From: an uncultured Verrucomicrobiota bacterium
Lineage (GTDB): Bacteria > Verrucomicrobiota > Kiritimatiellia > CAJWTS01
NCBI GenBank assembly: GCA_913047795.1
Contig: CAJWTS010000008.1
Span: forward strand, 16,634 to 80,633
Length of the DNA: 64,000 nucleotides
Direction of reading: 5' to 3'
Shown here: one piece after another, positions 60,675-64,000 of the stretch
Numbering within the stretch: position 1 is the first letter of the stretch
Layout of the letters: every line of letters begins with the position of its first letter
Translations under genes and position numbers: made by a program
Notes under the pieces: generated by a model
The model's database searches: none
Told to the model about the DNA's origin: nothing
The model's input: the letters and a program-made list of their open reading frames with translations, nothing else

Positions 60675-61766
60675 ATGAAGGTCGAATCACTATCGGTTGA
60701 GAACAAGGTCGGCATGCTGCTCATGGCGCCGCTCTACGCCGACTCGGCTGAGGATCTGGTGGCGCGATTCCGATGTGGCTCGCTCCTGACCTGGGGCGGC
60801 GGATTCGGTGATACGGCTCCGGATTCCATCGAGAAGGTCTGCGCCATGAACAACCGGATACAGGACGCGTCGCTACGCCACCGTGGGATTCCGGTCTGGC
60901 TGCACGGCTGCCCTTGCGCCGCACTGGACGGCCGGCAGGATCGCTGGCTGTACAAAGCCGTCACGGCCGGCGTCGAACCGGAACGCGTTGAACATGCCGC
61001 CAGCCTGCTTGGTCGACGGTGGCGTGCGCTTGGCATTCACAATACCCCTGAACCGACGCTGAATGTATTTCTCTTCGACACGGGAATTCTCCGCCAGACC
61101 CGCATCTCGGACGACGCCGAAACGGTACGCGTCTATGGAAATGCGTTTAATCGCGGTACACTTGCCGCTCAATGCGGCACCATGGCCCAGCACTTCCCCG
61201 CACACGGCGCAACGCCACTGGACAGTCACGACGCCTACCCCGTGGTTGAACTCGCGCGTGACGAACTTTGGCCCGACCACATGTTGCCGTACCAGGAATG
61301 TTTCGACGACGGATGCACCACGATCTGCACCGCGCACCTCGCCTGCCCCGCTCTCGATTCGGACCCCAATCACATCGCTACAACCTCGAGACCCATCCTG
61401 ACCGACGTCTTACGCGGGGAAATGAACTTCGATGGCATCACGATCGCCGATGCAATCGAAATGAAGGGCTTCCAGAAAAATGGTCCGATCGAAAAGATCG
61501 TTGTCGATGCGGTCAATGCCGGCTGCGATTCAATCTGCATGGTCGCGATCGACAACGTCGAACCCGTGTTCAACAGCCTGCTCGCGGCCGTGAAATCGGG
61601 CGCGATCCCCGATAAACGCCTCGACGAAGCCGTGCAGCGCAACATGGACTTCCTGCGCTGGCTTGATATTGCCGACGACCCTCATGTCGACGCGACCGCG
61701 GCCGCGCGCGTGATCGAAGAGCTGGACCATGACCCGGCGGCGACAGTCCTTACCGGGGAGATCTAG
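60675..61766 (+). CDS. GH3 family glycoside hydrolase (NagZ-like beta-N-acetylhexosaminidase type, single domain)
   Basis: LSVENKVGMLLM N-terminus. QHFPAHGATPLDSHDAYPVV corresponds to KHFPGHG..D.H. GITIADAIEMKG holds the nucleophile Asp context. 363 aa. Confidence 0.8.
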   Translation: MKVESLSVENKVGMLLMAPLYADSAEDLVARFRCGSLLTWGGGFGDTAPDSIEKVCAMNNRIQDASLRHRGIPVWLHGCPCAALDGRQDRWLYKAVTAGVEPERVEHAASLLGRRWRALGIHNTPEPTLNVFLFDTGILRQTRISDDAETVRVYGNAFNRGTLAAQCGTMAQHFPAHGATPLDSHDAYPVVELARDELWPDHMLPYQECFDDGCTTICTAHLACPALDSDPNHIATTSRPILTDVLRGEMNFDGITIADAIEMKGFQKNGPIEKIVVDAVNAGCDSICMVAIDNVEPVFNSLLAAVKSGAIPDKRLDEAVQRNMDFLRWLDIADDPHVDATAAARVIEELDHDPAATVLTGEI

Positions 61767-63481
61767 CCTGCCTGTTTCTCACGAAAGAGCCGGGCCATCG
61801 CTTCAAGGCTCGGCTTCGGACGGCGGTCGCGCGTCACGACGCCATAGGTCGAGACCGTCATGAAACGCACAAAATCGAAGCCGCCCGGCCAGGGGTGATC
61901 GGCGAAGCACCAGATCAGGGCTCCGCAGATATAGGGCGCATGCATCGCCTCGAATTCGGCCGCGAGCGCGGCAACCTGGGTTGCCTCCCCGAAGGCACCA
62001 TTGGTCACACCCGGCAAGGCGGGATGGCCGAACTCCGCCACCAGAATCGGCTTCTCCGGGTAGCACGCATGCAATTTCTCCAATTCGTCGGCCCACCACG
62101 CCGTCGCGTCCTGCAAGGTGAATTCTTCGTTGCCGCCCTTGTGCATGCGACCCCAGGCGGGGTAGGCGTTGATCGCGATCAGGTCGTCATCTTCGAAGGA
62201 TCGAACCTCCGTCCAGTGATTCGAGACATGTACCACCAGTCGGCTCGAATCGAGGGATCGCGCGATCGCCACCAATTCGCGATTGCCCTCGACGACGCCC
62301 GGTGCGTGCTCGGCGTTCTCATTGCTAACCGACCAGATCATGACGCTCGGATGATTCACGTCGCGCTCGATCATCGTTCCGAGTTGTCGCTTCGCCGCGG
62401 CAAACTTCGCGTCGTGGTTCTCCTCGTCCCATTTGCCGGTCCACCAGTAGAGCGGGACCTCGGCCATGACGAGCAGGCCCAATTCGTCACATAGATCCAG
62501 TTCATGCGAATCGTGCGGGTAGTGGCAAAGCCGCACGAAATTCGATCCGGAGGCCTTCATTAATTCCAGGTCGCTTCGCGTCATCTCCGGGTCCGGTGTC
62601 ATATTGCACCCGGCGCCATCCTCGTGACGGTTGAACCCCGTGACGTAGATCGGCTCACCGTTCAACAACAGAACACCCTTGCCCACTTCGACCGTACGGA
62701 ATCCGATACGCAAACCAATGGTGTCCACGACTTCGCCCGATCGCTGCACGGCAATCGTCGCATTGTAGAGACGCGGCGAATCAGGCGACCACGGTTCGAC
62801 GTCCCCAAGCGTGCCACTCATCTCCATCGTCACCTCGCCACCGGCATCGATGTTGACGGCGTCGGCCGTCAACTCGAGAGCCGCCTCGTCAATGCACAGC
62901 GAGGCGGCGACGGACGACGACGTCTCGCTGTTGTTACACACGGTTACGTGTGCGCGTATTCTACCGTCCGCTTCACAGACAGTTGCGATGGAGCCGAGAT
63001 GGACACGGTCGGTGACAATCAACGAGACGGATCGCAAGATCCCACCGAAGGTCCGCCAGCCGCGCAGATTCCCTGGAACATCGCCGGGATTCGAGGTGTT
63101 ATCGGCGTAGACCACGACACTGTTTGCGCCACCGCATTGCAGCACGTCGGAGACATCACACTCAAACGGCAGGTACGGGTCGGCATTCTTGCCCACGCAC
63201 TCGCCGTTCATCCAGACGCGCGCGTGATTATTGACGCCTTCAAAACGCAGCACGACGCGGCGCCCGTCCCAGGAAACCGGTGCGTCCAGGCGGCGCCGAT
63301 ACCAACCCCCGCCCTCGTAGAAATCCATCTCGGGGATGTTCTGGCTGAAATCGGACGGGACAGCCACTTCGCACCAGGCATCATCGTCGAAACCGGCGGC
63401 ATGATAGCCGTTCCGGTCACCTTCTCCGTAAGGATCCGGCTGAAATCGCCAGGTGCCGTCGAGCAAGGTGGTATCGCGCAT
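61763..63481 (-). CDS. GH2 family glycoside hydrolase (beta-glucuronidase/beta-galactosidase-like)
   Basis: LDGTWRFQPDP...WYRR......VVLRFEGVNNHARVWMNGECVG is the sugar-binding domain. NHPSVMIWSVSNE holds the acid/base Glu. 572 aa. Confidence 0.85.
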   Translation of the reverse strand: MRDTTLLDGTWRFQPDPYGEGDRNGYHAAGFDDDAWCEVAVPSDFSQNIPEMDFYEGGGWYRRRLDAPVSWDGRRVVLRFEGVNNHARVWMNGECVGKNADPYLPFECDVSDVLQCGGANSVVVYADNTSNPGDVPGNLRGWRTFGGILRSVSLIVTDRVHLGSIATVCEADGRIRAHVTVCNNSETSSSVAASLCIDEAALELTADAVNIDAGGEVTMEMSGTLGDVEPWSPDSPRLYNATIAVQRSGEVVDTIGLRIGFRTVEVGKGVLLLNGEPIYVTGFNRHEDGAGCNMTPDPEMTRSDLELMKASGSNFVRLCHYPHDSHELDLCDELGLLVMAEVPLYWWTGKWDEENHDAKFAAAKRQLGTMIERDVNHPSVMIWSVSNENAEHAPGVVEGNRELVAIARSLDSSRLVVHVSNHWTEVRSFEDDDLIAINAYPAWGRMHKGGNEEFTLQDATAWWADELEKLHACYPEKPILVAEFGHPALPGVTNGAFGEATQVAALAAEFEAMHAPYICGALIWCFADHPWPGGFDFVRFMTVSTYGVVTRDRRPKPSLEAMARLFREKQAG

Positions 63482-63633
63482 GGCGCTGTAGTTCCCACGA
63501 ATCGGCTTCCAGGTCCAGCGGATTGTGAGGTGGTGGACGGTTATTGCGTCGCCCGCCCTGTTACCGTTACTCTGCGTCGCACGTATCGGCAGCGAGTCAT
63601 CACCTACGGACCCTGATCCTCTACTCTGAACTC

Positions 63634-64000
63634 ATGCGGCGACTCGGCATCATCGGCGGCGAAACGCATATCGGCGAAGTGACCGCCCTCGGTGGTAAGC
63701 GGCTCGATATCCGTGGCGCCTGTGCGGCATCGGAGGCGGCACGCGCAAATCTCGAGGCCCTCGGCTGTCCGATTCTGCCATCCATCGATGAGCTTCTCGC
63801 AACAGGCCTTGACATCGTCGCCGTGGCCGACGCGAACGATGCGCGCGCGGAAGCCGTGATCCCCGCACTCGAATACGGATGTGACGTTATCGTCGATAAG
63901 CCGCTCTGCCTCGCGCCCGACGAGCAGGACCGTATCGAGACGCTGCTCGCAGAGAATTCCGAGCGGCGGTTGCTGATGTTGTTAACGCTGCGCGGCGAAC
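63634..64000 (+). CDS. Gfo/Idh/MocA family oxidoreductase, N-terminal 122 codons (runs off the window end)
   Basis: Not in the ORF track because there is no stop. My translation from ATG 63634 is MRRLGIIGGETHIGEV...LDIVAVADANDARAEAVIPALEYGCDVIVDKPLCLAPDEQDRIETLLAE. This is a Rossmann N-terminus with the family's V.VDKPL block. Confidence 0.7.
   Translation, partial: MRRLGIIGGETHIGEVTALGGKRLDIRGACAASEAARANLEALGCPILPSIDELLATGLDIVAVADANDARAEAVIPALEYGCDVIVDKPLCLAPDEQDRIETLLAENSERRLLMLLTLRGE

Noticed and set aside
61763-61766. The convergent GH3 and GH2 genes share a palindromic CTAG that supplies TAG stops on both strands.
   Set aside because: It is real but trivial, a chance consequence of tight convergent packing, and I infer no function.
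1-64000. I searched for CRISPR repeats, tRNA/rRNA genes, IS elements, transposases, integrases, phage genes, toxin-antitoxin pairs and known defence-system genes.
   Set aside because: None was recognised. All gaps between genes are under 250 bp and lack tRNA-like or repeat-array structure by eye. Proper tRNAscan, Infernal and defence-finder runs were not possible.

Overview
This is a high-GC (roughly 60% by eye), densely coding bacterial chromosomal segment with about 52 protein-coding genes on both strands. I found no rRNA, tRNA, CRISPR array, transposase, integrase or phage genes, though I checked intergenic gaps only by eye. The gene content is a sulfatase, GH2/GH3/GH38 and three GH-like genes, several Gfo/Idh/MocA oxidoreductases, phytanoyl-CoA-dioxygenase (PhyH) paralogs, xylose-isomerase-like TIM barrels and a TMTC-like TPR glycosyltransferase. 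It resembles an aerobic polysaccharide degrader of the PVC-superphylum type; this is an unverified inference. All product calls rest on motif recognition in the supplied translations, not on searches, and start codons are often ambiguous.

Annotation corrections to the ORF track:
- A MiaA gene runs off the 5' edge (1-561, minus strand) and a Gfo/Idh/MocA gene runs off the 3' edge (63634-64000). Both are missing from the track.
- ORFs 46908-48521 and 48534-49628 are one selenocysteine-containing formate dehydrogenase alpha subunit. It has an in-frame TGA at 48534-48536 and an fdhF-like SECIS hairpin.
- Several long ORFs are antisense shadows or carry false N-terminal extensions.

I cannot point to one proven novel system. 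The most unusual items are:
- a single 760-aa polypeptide fusing a membrane fatty-acid desaturase, a Rieske centre and an NqrF-like flavin reductase (33978-36260);
- a 2-oxoacid dehydrogenase E1 alpha with its own N-terminal lipoyl domain and no E2 or E3 nearby, next to a class II aldolase-family gene with altered catalytic residues (25647-29033);
- a deaminase followed by an orphan two-domain protein whose C-terminus looks like a nucleoside 2-deoxyribosyltransferase/DNPH1 fold (13255-14985);
- a membrane-anchored DHH/DHHA1-like phosphoesterase translationally coupled to a ComEC whose metallo-beta-lactamase motif is absent (15090-19840);
- a 10-kb island of three PhyH, two HpcH aldolases, a diverged PanB-like protein and orphans (36378-46806).
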